A stretch of DNA of 64,000 nt. It comes from the human T2T-CHM13v2.0 reference genome, Homo sapiens. The translations under genes and the position numbers were made by a program. Where the stretch lies: the NCBI RefSeq assembly GCF_009914755.1, contig NC_060931.1. One strand, 5' to 3'. Positions 14,388 to 27,766 of the stretch are shown here, in pieces (the first letter of the stretch is position 1; each line of letters opens with the position of its first letter). The notes beneath the pieces are model-generated. The model was not told where the DNA came from. It did not search any database and saw only the letters and a list, made by a program, of their open reading frames with translations.

Positions 14388-15571
14388 ATTTCTATCAAAA
14401 GGGCATCAAAATGAGATTATACACATGATCTTCGTAAGAATATATATACATTTACTACATTACACAGTCACCTAGATGTAACACTATGAGAAAAAAAAAA
14501 CGGACTTAATCTTTATGCTTTGTTGAAAAGATGTTAAGAGACCAGTGTAGTCCTTGACGCTTCTGAAGTTCCAAAGAGTAAACTCGGAAGACAGAGAGGA
14601 AACTGACCTACTAGCGATTCCTCTCACGCACACAAAGGTTGGACTGCAGAGAAAATGCCCTTTGGTCTCATGCAGCTTTCCTCCTCCCTCCCTGGGCTTA
14701 GCACACCTTGCACTTTTCCAACTCGGGATCTTCTCGCATCACATTCTCAGCCTGGGCCTCCTCTCCTCTGCTCTGTACATAGCTGCCTCCTCACGCCACC
14801 AGCTTCTACTAAAAGGTCACTGCCACCAATTGACCATGAATCTGAATAAAGCCACCCTCCCCCCCGACATCTCCTCTGAATCCTCCATATCACAGTTCAT
14901 AATTCCATGTGAATCTATTTACTTTTTAATTATCACTGTCCCCATTAGATTTTGGCTTCTGTGAAGGCAGGGGCCATGTCTCTTTATTCACTGCTGTTCA
15001 CCCATATTCCACCAGCACCTGGCACAGGAAAGTGCCATTAAGTATCTGGTGGCTGAGTGGATATGGCAATGGGGGTGAGACAGTGTGCTCCTGTGGTGTG
15101 TCAGTGAGTGGGCGAGGGGGTGATGGAGAAAACTGGAACACAGACCAGGACAAACGCAAAGTAGCAAGTGTGATATTCTTGCACAGACTTAATATTTCCA
15201 AGTCAGTTATACGCATTTGTTGGCTATCTATACCTGAAATAAAAAAATAAACAAAACACGGCCACAAGGACCTACAGTATAACACAGAAGATAAAATATA
15301 TTTTAATAATTACATGTAAAGTCTGCTAGGAGTGTATTTTTAAATCCAGGAAAAAAAAGTAAAAGAAAAAAATGTTCCACAGTTCTGAAGGTGGGCAGGT
15401 TACTTCTGCCTGTGGGCGTGGGGCTTCAAAGGGCAACATTGGAAGGAGGTTTTGCAGGATGCATAGGAGTTGCATAGGTGGAAGATGGGGAGACCTTCTG
15501 GAGGGAGGAACAGCTTGAGTAAAGGCAGTAAGTGAGAAAGCCCAGGACTTTGCTGAGAATGTGCTTTCACC

Positions 15572-15893
15572 CAGTGCTATCCTGTAGAAATGTAATGTGA
15601 GTCACATTTTTCTAGTAGCCACATTAGAGAAGTAAAAACGGGTAAAATTAACTTTTTAAAATTACATTTTATTTATTTAACCCAATATTAATATTCAATA
15701 TTTTGGATATCCAAAATGTTATTCCAACAGATCAACAATATAAACGATTATTGAGGTATTTTACACTCTTTTTTTCAGAACGCTAAAAATCCAATGTGTG
15801 ATTGACACACTGCACATCTCAATTCAGACTAGCCACATTTCAAGTGCTCGGTAGCCACATGCGGCCAGAGGCCCTCATACTGGACAGGTCTAG
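15572..15893. mobile_element. MER33 (hAT-Charlie)
   Basis: cagtgctatcc...ttctagtagccacatt...actagccacatttcaagtgctcggtagccacatg...ctggacag. Confidence 0.8.
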
Positions 15894-16199
15894 TGCCATA
15901 GCGGGAGTGGGTTTAAGCAGGCCCACCCTGAAAGATAGCAGGATGCAGCAGACAGCGGGTGAACTTGGAACAAGCGTATTTAATATTGTTTTCAGCATGT
16001 AAGTTGATGGAAATAAAGCTCAAAGGTGGGGAGGCACTGAAGGCTCAGGGAGCAGTGTTGGAGCAGAGGTTTATAAATGTCAGACCCACAGGGAGGGTGC
16101 CCAGGCAAGGCTGGCAGGCACCAGACGCAGGCCCCAGCAACCACAGCTGTGTGCAGCGCTCTGATGCCTGGCCACAGCTGACGGGACAGAGGCACCTGG

Positions 16200-16580
16200 C
16201 CCAATTTGACTAATGAGAAATTTCCAAGAAATTTGGTACTAGTTCAGTTTATTCAGGTCTCTTGAATGGAGGAGATGTAAATACTTGGGAAATGCCGGAG
16301 ACACCTCCCACCGCGGAACTGAGCCGCGGAGAAAAGCAAGCTGCAGAGAAAGAGGAAGCAGATGTGCAGAGAGGCGGAGATGGAGGAGTGGCTGGGAAGG
16401 TCGCCTGTGTCCCGCCGGCTTCCAAGTTCCAGAGCCTTCCGGAGCCTCTTCTGAAATCCTGCCCCCTGGCTTCCCAAGATGTCCCTTGCCCTTAAACTGT
16501 AATAAATCTCTCTCCCCCGAGCCCTCGCCCTCTTTCAGAACACTGGTTTCTATTCCATAGAACAAAAGATTTAGAAGGTC
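16200..16580 (+). mobile_element. Probable old MLT1-type LTR fragment, unusually CpG-rich
   Basis: gagaaagaggaagcagatgtgcagagagg block, aataaa near 16501 and ctggtttctattccatagaacaaaaga resemble MLT1K/L 3' ends. Confidence 0.4.
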
Positions 16581-16639
16581 TTAAGAAATACCATCAGCAC
16601 AAGGCTTTAGGACACGCCATGGTTTTGCCTCCCTACCTA

Positions 16640-17290
16640 GGGACCCGGCACAGGGGCGGGAAGGGAGGAATCTGGGAGAGCTGAGATTCTAGGGCTTTGG
16701 TTACCGGTGGAGCGGGAGGGGGGTTCGGGAGATGGCTGAGGTTTTGAGCCTGTGGCTGGGAAAGTGATGATGTCCTTCACAGAGAGGGGAGTGGTGGCAG
16801 AGGGAGCAGGGCCCTAAGGGAAACTGACGCCTGTGCAGCACGAACCCCACTCGCGTCCTGTCTGCCTGGACTGCCGCCGTGGGGACTTCTGCAGCCCCCG
16901 CCCCTGGCGGAGGGGACGGGGGCTGGGGCTGCTCCCACCACCGCAGGCGGCCCGCAGTGCCCGGCCTCAGCGTCCCTGGGGCTCTGGGTTGCAGGCTTTG
17001 GCTGATGGCTGAGGGCTCTGGACGCAACGAAGAGTCACTTCTGGTGTCCACTTCGGGATCTGTCTGACACTTTTTCTCCTTCCTGCACCCTGTAGCACCT
17101 GCTCCTTATACCTTATTCCCTGCTTCTGCTCACCTCCCTGCTCTTCTTCCCTTCTGCGGCCCATTGGAGTGAGCAGGGAAGTGACGCTTTTCATGTCCCA
17201 AAGCTGGGAGACCCCATTTGAGCCAGAGGAAGAAAAACTAACAGACTCTGTCCACATCAGCTTTCAGCAACGTGCACGTGGGTGCACACA
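16640..17290 (-). promoter_or_regulatory. CpG-enriched candidate promoter and non-coding first exon (minus strand)
   Basis: Only clear CpG cluster in the window (about 22 CpG in 16640-17060, manual count). Minus-strand TATAAGG 17104-17110, CCAAT 17163-17167, ETS/CRE-like GGAAGTGACG 17177-17186, CACGTG 17275-17280. Donors CCG|GTAACC (exon end 16705) and TAG|GTAGGG (16637). Confidence 0.55.
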
Positions 17291-17427
17291 CACACTCATG
17301 CACATGCACACACACACACATGCATTCATTCGCTCCTTCTCCCCACCGCTATCCCTCCCTCTCCCCTCTCCTCTCTCCCCTCTCCCTTCTCCCCTCTGGA
17401 GACTTAACACACTTTTTGACAGATAAA

Positions 17428-17469
<42 letters not shown>
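17271..17469. repeat. (CA)-rich tract, polypyrimidine tract and (CT)n microsatellite
   Basis: cacacacact...cacacacaca 17284-17320; ccctccctctcccctctc... 17353-17397; (TC)~19 17431-17469. Confidence 0.9.
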
Positions 17470-17471
<2 letters not shown>

Positions 17472-17997
17472 TCCCCACCGCCTGCTTTCGCCCTATCCCC
17501 AAATCAGCCAGACTTAGCTAGCAACACGCTTCCCTTGGAGTGGATCCCTCAAAAATTTCCAGCCACACCAGGAAAAGCAATGGCAGATAACGCCCAAACT
17601 CCCTGGTCATGCTTTCTCTTGGCTCTCCAGTCCAAGGCTGCATTCTCTACCTGACACACACATGGTCACCATGCACCCCACACACCCACTCCATGTTCCA
17701 TGCACAGTTTAAAAAGCACGTTGCCTCTTCGCAGTGCTTCTGCATTTGCTGGCTGCAGGCAAGAGAGGAGAAAATGTATTCAGCTTCCTCTGTCTACCTT
17801 GCCTGCCTAGCCTGTCTCAGCCTGTTCTCTAAGGGCCTTTGGGGTATTGATCCTAAAAGCTTCTGCAAAGGGAATCATAATGGGAATTTCATAGCCAAGG
17901 AAACTGAGTCACTTGAGGTCAAGGGCTGCAGGAGCCTTGTTTTCCAAGAGCCCTCAGCACTTACAACCTAAGAGGCTCTGTGTCCTGTTCTCCAGCC

Positions 17998-18288
17998 CAG
18001 TGGCCTCCAAACATTTTTAATTGCTTGACTCATCCATAAAACTTTTTGAGCATCCACCCCCAGTATATACATATTTATTTATAAATTATAATCACATAAA
18101 CTACATGTCTAACATTATTTATACTACAAATAGACATTATAGTAGATGTAACAGACATACTCAAAATATAGAAACTGTAAAAGGAGAAAACAAAGAATAA
18201 ATATAACTCAACATTCTATTATGTTCTTCCTGCGCCCAGTGGATCCTCTTGTGCACCTCCTGGAATATGCACCTGTTTGAAAACACTG
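17998..18288. mobile_element. Non-autonomous hAT-Charlie DNA transposon
   Basis: Imperfect TIRs cagtggcctccaaac / gtttgaaaacactg around an AT-rich interior. Confidence 0.6.
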
Positions 18289-18321
18289 CGTTTACCCACC
18301 GGCCCTTTCACGGGTCATCTC

Positions 18322-18650
18322 TGTGGTAGACTGTGCGGTTCTCTGACCCTTCCAGTTGCCCTTCCTTTCCAGACAGACAGAAGGACCCTACTCTCCAACC
18401 CATGAAGTAAGGAGTGGCTGCATCACTTGCTCTGTCCAGCAAATGGGTCCCTTCTGATTCGGAGCATCAAGAACTTCCCATGCCCTCTCTCATCTTCACC
18501 ACAAAGAACCCTGAAGCCTCATGTTGGATGGTAGAGTCATAAGATGGTCATCCAGGTTGACTTGAGTGGCTAAAGTGAGCAGCCATGTTGGATTTAAGAT
18601 ATGGGGGGTTTCGTTACATCAGCACAACCTAGCTTCTCTTGACTGATCCT
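18322..18650 (+). mobile_element. MLT1H/I-like MaLR LTR
   Basis: Starts tgtggtagact; ends gttacatcagcacaacctagcttctcttgactgat. Confidence 0.6.
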
Positions 18651-19289
18651 ATTTGTAAAGAACCCGATTGCCACCTTGGGCATGGGTTTGTTCTCTGAGG
18701 CTTGCTCCCTCCCAGCTGTCATGCTGAGAGGGTGCTTCTCAGTAGTGACAGGGAGCCACAGTGCCACAGAGGAAAAGCACGGGGTGGTTTGAGGGATGGG
18801 GTCAGAATGTAAGAAACGGCTCAGAGTCTGAAGACTGATCAGGAAGGCACTATGTGGGTAGACTTGCTCCAGGAACTGATGGGTGCTTTCCACTCTTATC
18901 CCAGGGCCATCCCTGAACCCTGGGCTACAGAGCTTCAAGCCAGAGAGTGAAAAATGCCTCTGTATTCCCTGTTTCTGCATGTCCTATGTCTTCCTAATGG
19001 TAAGGAGTTTGATTTCAGACCAAATACATAAATTATTTTCCTTTAGGCCATTCTTTCAGCAAATAAGGCAGTAATTACTGTCTCTTAGAAATTTTCACAG
19101 TAATTAAATTGGAAGAGTATCTACATCACTGAGGCTTCCTCCCATGAAATCTAAAACACTGACAACCCATTTCCCAAATGCCTCCCAGTCTGGTTGATCC
19201 AAGGACTGCTACTGAATTACACTGTGGGATCCCAAGTGGATAAGAAGAGGAGATTAGAAATTCAGAACTCTCTCTTAAACCTGATATAT

Positions 19290-19732
19290 GACCTAAAATG
19301 TTTCTCCAGCTACCAGAATAGAAACTAAATAAGAGTTGTTTATACCAGATAGAATCTTTTTCTCTGCAGGTCTTGGGCTGGTAGGGCAACTCTGCTGAAC
19401 AGTATTGTTTCTGCTTCATTCTTTCTCCTCTGCCACCTTTACCATTGAGCTTCCTTCTCACTATGTAAGGTGGCTGCTCCAGTTACCACCTCCAGGCCCA
19501 CTTTCCAGGCAGGAATCAGAGCAGGAAGGCAGACCCTTCATCTTATGGGTGCAAACCAGAAATTGCCCACATCATTCCTGCTCAGGTCTCATGGGCCAGA
19601 ATTGAGTCGTATGGCCAAACTCAGCTGCAAGGGAGCCTGGGAAATGCAGTCCCTAGCTGGGCAGCCATTGGTCAGATAAATTTAGGTGCTATTACTAAAG
19701 GAATATTAGTGGACACCTAGCAGCCTCTGGCT
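19290..19732 (-). mobile_element. MLT1J-like MaLR LTR
   Basis: ggccagaattgagtcgtatggccaaactcagctgcaagggagcctgggaaatgcagtc. Confidence 0.65.
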
Positions 19733-19739
19733 TCCTGGC

Positions 19740-19980
19740 AAGCCATGTGGCCTTCCTCAGGAAGCTTTTCCTCCTACCTCACCATGGCCCATGAACTCCT
19801 ATACTGTTATTCTTCAGCATTCATCACGGTGCTGGGTGAATACCTGCTTACTCCTCTCTATGTCCCATTAGGGGAAGCTTCATGAAGGCAGAGGCCATGT
19901 TCATTCTGTCTGTTTACTATTGCATCTCCAGGCCCTGGCACTTGGTAGGTTCTTAATAAATATGTGTTGACCAAGTGAAC
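19740..19980 (+). mobile_element. L2 3' end
   Basis: aagcttcatgaaggcagaggccatgt...cctggcacttggtaggttcttaataaatatgtgttga. Confidence 0.7.
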
Positions 19981-20216
19981 TATTTCACAAATGATTATGT
20001 GAAAAGATAATTGTAATTAACCTCTGACTGTTCTCTGCCTTTCACTCCCTGCTTCCCTCCAGTTCTGCCTAACTTGGTCTGCCTCTCCGGTTTTTCCTCC
20101 TTGTCCTCTAGGCCAGGCTCATTCAGGCCAGACAACTGCTTTGGGCTTTTGTAATGCAAGATTGTGAGGCAAGGAGCAGCCAGAAAAGTAGCAGAAGGTT
20201 TATGTTGGGAGGACAG

Positions 20217-20909
20217 AATCATGACATTCTCTGTTTAGCCCCCATGAAATATTTTAAATTCCATTTACAAATTAACAATTTTAATTAGAGACAAGAAGAT
20301 TATATCATATACATGAAATATATCACAATCATGCATTCCTGTCCAAAAAGATTACTGTGAAATTAAACATAAAAAGTGATTTCTGGTAGCCTGGGCTCCA
20401 TGAGAGAAGTGGACAGGAAAGAAAAGTAGGTTTCAGAAGTATCACTATGGACATCATGAAATTAAAAAATGCAAGAAGAGGACAGAAATTATTTGGAAAT
20501 TTTTTAAATTCATTAGACTGTATTTCTATGACCCAGACACTGCCTGGTAACTAGACAAGTTGTGGCTCAGAAGGAAATGACTCAGAACAGTGGGAAAATG
20601 TCAGCGAAGTGTAAATCCCAAAAAACCTTCTTAACCAAGATTTCCGCCTGTTTTGAATCCTTAGGAAAAAGAACCCTTAAAAAGAGTGAAGTATATGTGT
20701 ATGTTTCTCAAACTTTTCCAGATAGTATCAAGCCTGGAAATCATGACATTCTCTGGCTAGCCCCCAAGAGATATTTTAAATTCCACTTACAAATCAACAA
20801 TTTTATATGGGGACAAGAAGATTATACCATATACATGAAATACAATCTCACGACCATGCATACCTGTCCAAAAAGATTAACTGCCAGATTAAACATAAAA
20901 AGTGATTTC
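20217..20909 (+). repeat. Diverged ~167-bp direct duplication (20217-20383 and 20739-20909)
   Basis: Both copies run aatcatgacattctctg...gacaagaagattata...cctgtccaaaaagatta...attaaacataaaaagtgatttc. Confidence 0.9.
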
Positions 20910-21282
20910 AGAATTTTTCTGTTAATACTTATTTGCTACTGTTTCATCAGCTTTATTGCTGTTGTCATTTGTGCTTGCTGGTATGTAAGCAACTCAAAAA
21001 TCAAAGGAAACATCTATGGAAGAAAAACTGTAAACAGAGAAAGTTCTGTGAATTGACTAAATGTTTTGTATTAATCAGGAAAATATCTCTAGATTACAAG
21101 GCCCATGAACAAAGTGGCAATGACTGTCTTATTCATGGCTCCATTTCAGTTCCTGGTTAGTGTATCTGGCATATTCTAGAAGCTAAGCAAAGATGTGTGA
21201 TCAACTACTTGATTTTAGCTATTGAACCTGCCTCACTCCAACTATCAGACTACTGGAACATAATTGGAGAACTACTAGGTAA

Positions 21283-21606
<324 letters not shown>

Positions 21607-22298
21607 CATTTTTCTTAATAAGCTCTTTTTTGATGGTACCATGTTTAAGACTACAGGGTCACATGATCACCTACCAGTCTTGAAAGACATAATGACACAT
21701 TCAGTATGCACGTTCTCATAATCCCACCTACTCTTGTGATTTCTGAGGTGACCCTGGATAAGCGGCCTGCCTCTGATTAGGATTTCTGAGAAGGTTCTTG
21801 TTGTTCTGTTTAGTTTTTGTTTCTTTGTTCAAGGTCTTAAAATGTTAAGATAATAACAAAACATGATAAATGCCATTGGTATTTATATTTGCAAAGTCCA
21901 AAATATTTGAGTTTTTAAATTTATTTTATATAACATCTTTACTCTTATTAATTTGTTTTTAATTATATAACTAGTGCATTGAGGATGCTTTAGGGTTATT
22001 AAAATCCAAACAATAAAATCAAAAGTCTCCTTAATTACCATGTCAAGCCCAGTCCTCTCTCCCAAGCTAACAACATTGCCCTGGTTTATAACCTTCCAGA
22101 CTCTTCCCTGTGCTTTGACATACATAAATGTATATGTACTTAGAGAGATTTGTAGTTTTTGTCTTGTTCTCATTATTATTTCTATAAATGATGTAATAGG
22201 ATACCTTTTGCTCTGCTACTTGCTGTTTTCATTTGGAATATGTCTTAAAGCCCTTTCCACATCCGCTCATATAACTCTACCCTATATTTTTAACCATT

Positions 22299-22650
22299 TG
22301 TCTTAGTCGTTCGGGCTGCTATCACAGAATACCATCAACCGGGTGGCTTAAACAATAGACATTTATTTCTCACAGGTCTGGTGGCTGAAAGTCCAAGATC
22401 CAAGTTCTGACCAATTTAGTATCCAGTAAAGGCCTGCTTCTTGGTTTGCAGATGGCCTCCTTCTTGCTGTATCCTCGCAGGGCAGAGAGATCATCTCTCT
22501 CATGTCTTTTCTTATAAGGGCACTAATTTCATTCATGAGGGCTCCACTCTCATGAGTAAATCACATCCCAAAGGCCCTACCAACAAATACCATCACACTA
22601 GGGCTTCAACATATGAATTTTAGGGAGACAAAAGCATTCAGTCCATAGCA
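22299..22650 (-). mobile_element. MLT1A-like solo LTR
   Basis: tgtcttagtc...ttcagtccatagca with a perfect 5-bp TSD ccatt. Confidence 0.9.
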
Positions 22651-22733
22651 CCATTCCATGCTATTCTATAATTCAAGTGAACCATAGTTTACTTACCTAG
22701 TCCCTAACTGCTGGTCATTTAGGTGATTTTTAA

Positions 22734-23063
<330 letters not shown>

Positions 23064-23482
23064 AATCTCTTAGTTTTTATACATTGCTGCAAAGGTATCT
23101 TATTTGAGGCCCACCATATACATGGGCAAGTGTTACTCTAGGAAAAAATAGTGAGAAATGAAATTGCTGGGTCAAAGGACATGAACACTTAAAATTGCCA
23201 TAAATACTGATAAATAGCATTCTGAAGTGGCTGCACCAATTTACTCTCCCACAAGCAAGTTATGAAAGAACCAGTTTCCCTAAACCTCTGCCATCATCAT
23301 CAAACTTTAAAACCATTTCAAATCGAATTAGTGAAAATGGTTTCCCACTGTTGTTTTATTTTGCCCAGGAGTATTCTGAATGTGGAAAGTCAACTACATT
23401 GCTGCTATTTAACATAATTTTTCTAACTCTATTTCTTGCCCTCTTCTCCCCATAAATAGGAGACTTTACCTAAGTAGATAGT

Positions 23483-23900
23483 AGTAGCAGAGACAGCTAG
23501 CTATCCTCCTAATCTCTTTTCCTTGGGCACACACCTAGACTGTGTTTCCCAGACTTCTTGGTGGTTGTGTAGAGACTTACTACTGGGTTCTAGCCATTGA
23601 AATGTAAATGGAGTGATGTGTACCGCTTCCAGGACTGGCCTATAAAAACCTTCCGCACACAATCTTCCATGCTGTCCTCTCTTCCACTGGCTGGATATAA
23701 ACAAGCATGATGAGCGTAGAAGCCACATGTTGAGGATGGCAGAAATACAGAGGAAAGAGGAAAGATGCCTGGGTCCTTGAGTCACCACTTGAAAAAGAGC
23801 TATTCGCCAATCCTGAACAACTGTTTTGGATTTAATGTGAGCAAGAATTATTCAAGCATTTGTGGGGTTATTTATTATTATTACAGCAACCACCAGTATT
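23483..23900 (+). mobile_element. MLT1J-like MaLR LTR
   Basis: gttctagccattgaaatgtaa...aagccacatgttgaggatggcaga...cctgggtccttgagtcacc. Confidence 0.7.
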
Positions 23901-24567
23901 GTGGTGAGGATTAGCTCATTAAAATGATTGCAAATGCTATAAAAAACATTGGGAAAATAATCAGGGAGTCATCCTGGGCATATAGGTATACCTCCCAGCA
24001 CAGAATACTCCATCTTACAAACTGTCTAAAGAATTAGGAGCTATCTGAAGGAAAAAAAAAAAAATCCCTGGCCTATGTCACAGGTTAGCTAAGAAAAGAG
24101 ATTTCTTCCATTTTCTGGTCCCCACTGTGACCTAAGAACTACTTCCCAGATGACTCCAGTTGTTGGTCAGCGCATCAGGCTTGAGGGACCCTGTTCCCTT
24201 GGAAATGTCCTGTCAGACATCAGAGTCAATTACTGCAGAGAGTCTAGATGCTGCAGAATTGTTTCATCTGAGGTCAACGACTATTTAAAATGCCATTTGC
24301 TATTAGGAAGCTGCCCTCGAGCTCAGGGCCAGGGGTGAAGCTACCACATGGTTACCAGGTTATCTGTTGAAGTTGACTTTCTGTGGCATGGAGAAATTGC
24401 CCGAGGTAGAGTCATGCCCAGCATTTCTCATGAAGCACGGCTGCCCAGCCAGGTGACTGTCAAAGCTATTTGTGCAGGCTATTGTTCCATAGCTGCGAAA
24501 GGAAACCAACCCACCCCTCCAGGTGACCCTTCCAGCCCCTTCTCCATTGGGTATAAGAACTAAAATT

Positions 24568-24899
<332 letters not shown>

Positions 24900-25078
24900 C
24901 TAAAATTAAAGTCTTCATACCCTGATTACATTCCAATAATGACAACAAACAGTCTATGCCTCTGGCTGCCCTGGGAAGAATGAGAAGGAATGGGACTTTA
25001 AAAAGGACTCACCCATAAGTCACATGCAAGTTAGAAAAGATCAAGGAGCCAGACTATCCAGCTCCTTCCACCATAGCA

Positions 25079-25241
25079 GCAGTTTTCAAACAATCAAATA
25101 AAACAGTCAAAGGAGAGCAAGCCTGGCTGAAGACAAGGAGAGGAGGACCTAGAGTCCCTCCTGTTTGCTCTACCCCATACCCATGTGAGTTTCTCCCTGG
25201 GACCCTGGGGCTCTACAGAGAACAGTTTAAAAACAACCACT
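25079..25241. mobile_element. Probable short hAT-Charlie element
   Basis: Ends cagcagttttcaaac / cagtttaaaaacaaccact. Confidence 0.4.
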
Positions 25242-25499
25242 CCAAAGGCCTTTACAGGTGACCCATCCAAAAGTCTAGCAGGAAGCAACCCCCAGGTTGT
25301 ACAGCACCTCACCCAAAGGTGGCAGACCACCAAATGTGAACCTGGAAATCTTAACGTTGGACCATAAAGCCAAGCTGCTTAGTTGCTTTTTGCCTGTTGT
25401 ACTCTGAGTACCTGGCTTGGTATCCATCACATATCAGGCACTTAATATTTGGGGAATGAAAGAATAAAGGAAGCTTAGTCTTTGAATTGCCATCACTAA

Positions 25500-25745
25500 T
25501 AGTCACAGCATATTGGCCACATAGCATTTCACAGTTTATATAGTACTTTCCCTTATATTGTCTCATTCAATATTCAGAACCTACTATGATGTAGTCAAGA
25601 TAGATTGTCATTTAATAGAAACAGAATGTCAGAGAGATTTGGTGACATGCTCAGTGCCACAAAGCTAGTCCCAAGGCAGTTGCAAGACTGGAACCACATC
25701 TTCAGGCTCCAAGTACCCGGGCTCTTTATCCTACCCTCACTGCTG
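25500..25745 (-). mobile_element. MIR
   Basis: ttatattgtctcattcaatattcagaacc...agagagatttggtgacatgctcagtgccacaaagctagt. Confidence 0.65.
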
Positions 25746-27119
25746 AGACTCTGATGCTGCCATCATAATGGTAGTACCCGTGGTGATGGTAGCATACTAT
25801 TCATTAAGATCATAGCAATATGCAAAGCACATACAGACTCCAGTCCCTGGCCATAAGCACATGCCTGGTTGGTTAGCTCCCATGGCTACAGGTTCTGTCT
25901 CTTCACACTGAGAAAGGTGATCCTTTCTCATGAGCATAGATCACAGAGCCCATGCCAAATAGTGGAAATGTTTATGCCAGAGGTCACATGGGGGTGTGTG
26001 TGTGGGAAGAATAGAGAGAATGAGCAGATCAGCACAAACTCATCCTCATGACCTAGAAACCAATTCAAAGCCCAAGTCCTACTTCATATGAAAAGTCACA
26101 TCTGGGGGCTACTCAATCTTGGAAAGGGAAGCATGAGCTTGAAAACTACAGTTCCTGGGTCCTGGTATAAGTCATGAACTTGGTCCATATAACTCACAGA
26201 TTGCTGATTTAGTGTTCAGTAAGCTTAGGGTTAAACACCAGCCCCACCAGCAAATTTTGCAAAGGCTGCCCTATTTAGGCTCCCCACCACCTGCCACGAC
26301 CTTTAGAATCAATTTCACCATAAATCTCAAAAGCTCACCTACCTCTAAGTCAGTCCTCAAGCCTGAACAGGAAGCAAGTGTACAAAGGGTCCTGAGTAAA
26401 AGAGAACAAACCACCCAAGTCCTCAGACTTTCTTCTGCTTCTAGATTGCCCAATTTATTCTCCTTGTATAAAGTAGATAAAATAACTCTTCCCCACAAAT
26501 GGCCAATGCTGTGAATGCATTTTCACCCACAGGACTCTGAGCCCCCCAAAATAAAGCTATTTATTTGGCCTTCACGATTTTTTCTTCTTTGTTCTTCAAA
26601 CTTGTCCTCTACTTACTTTTTCTATCTCAAAAGTGAGGGCTAGGCAATTTGAAAGAACCTAAACCCTCCGACGGGGTACAGACCGATGACTTCAGCCCAA
26701 GAGAGGTGGAGAGTGCCAAATCAAGCCTCTCTGGGTTGAGAGTCATGCAACCACATGATGAAAGCCCCTCCAGCCCAGCACAGTGCTGGATCCTGAAGGA
26801 GCAGAATTATGAAGGTCAAGGGATCCCTAACTCTGCTCTTCTGACATTTGTGTCCTTAAAATGCAACAACTACCTCCCTACCCTGCTAATACACATTATG
26901 TGAGTTCATCTCCAATAAAACTGGTTAATTCTGCAATATTTCAAGGGGATATTCCCCTCTCTCTAGGTACTATCTTTTCACACCATTCACATAGATCCTG
27001 TAGAGCATTGATCCTCTGTCACATCAAGCACCAGAGAGACCATCACAGAAAGCAGGTCTGAGAGGCAGGGTGGAGTGTGTGGAGTCCTAGGCAGTTACAG
27101 GCCTGAGATCCCCTGGCTT

Positions 27120-27765
27120 TCATCAATCCGTTCATCCTCATGCATTTGGCACATGTGTACCAGCACTGTGCTGAGTGCTATAGGATGTAAAGGAGTAAAA
27201 TAATTTTCATACTATCACTGCAAAAGACTTGCACTGTCATTGAAGAAGTCAGACACAAAGAAGTATGTTGGAATGGTAGATCAACAACAAATATCCACAT
27301 ATTGCTGCATACTTCATACCAGTGTCTCCCCTAGGGACTGGGATACAGCAAAGACCACGACAGACAAAAATCCTGCTCTCACGGAGTTTACATTCTTGTA
27401 GGAAATATATTTCAGGGTTTGATTGTGGAATTCAGAAAACAGTCATCAGTAATTAAGAGAAAAGATCTGAGTAGTCTGAAATAGAAGCTTTAAGCAGGTC
27501 TTCTCCCCTCACAGGCCTCTCTATTCAGTTTATCCCAAACTGAATTCATCACCCTTACCCTTATACAGAACCCAGCCTTACAAGCAAGAAAACTGGTGGT
27601 ATACCAGATGATCCCAATTCACTCTCCTTCCCTTCACTCACCACCACCAATCAAGTAGGCCTTGTAGACTTTACCTTCTAAGTACCTCTGAAATCTATTC
27701 CCTCCTCCACATTCCCACTGCCACAAACTAGGTCAAGCCCTCATCACATCATCTTTTCTTACCTA
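27120..27765. mobile_element. L2 fragments (antisense about 27120-27410, sense about 27490-27765)
   Basis: acagacaaaaatcctgctctcacggagtttacattct; cccactgccacaaactaggtcaagccctcatca. Confidence 0.6.
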
Positions 27766-27766
27766 C

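Noticed and set aside
16640-17290. Assigning a gene symbol to the candidate promoter
   Set aside because: I do not recognise the exon sequence and no coding exon is identifiable in the window
20562-21056. 164-aa ORF with a hydrophobic stretch
   Set aside because: GTG start, AT-rich composition, overlaps the local duplication, no recognisable family
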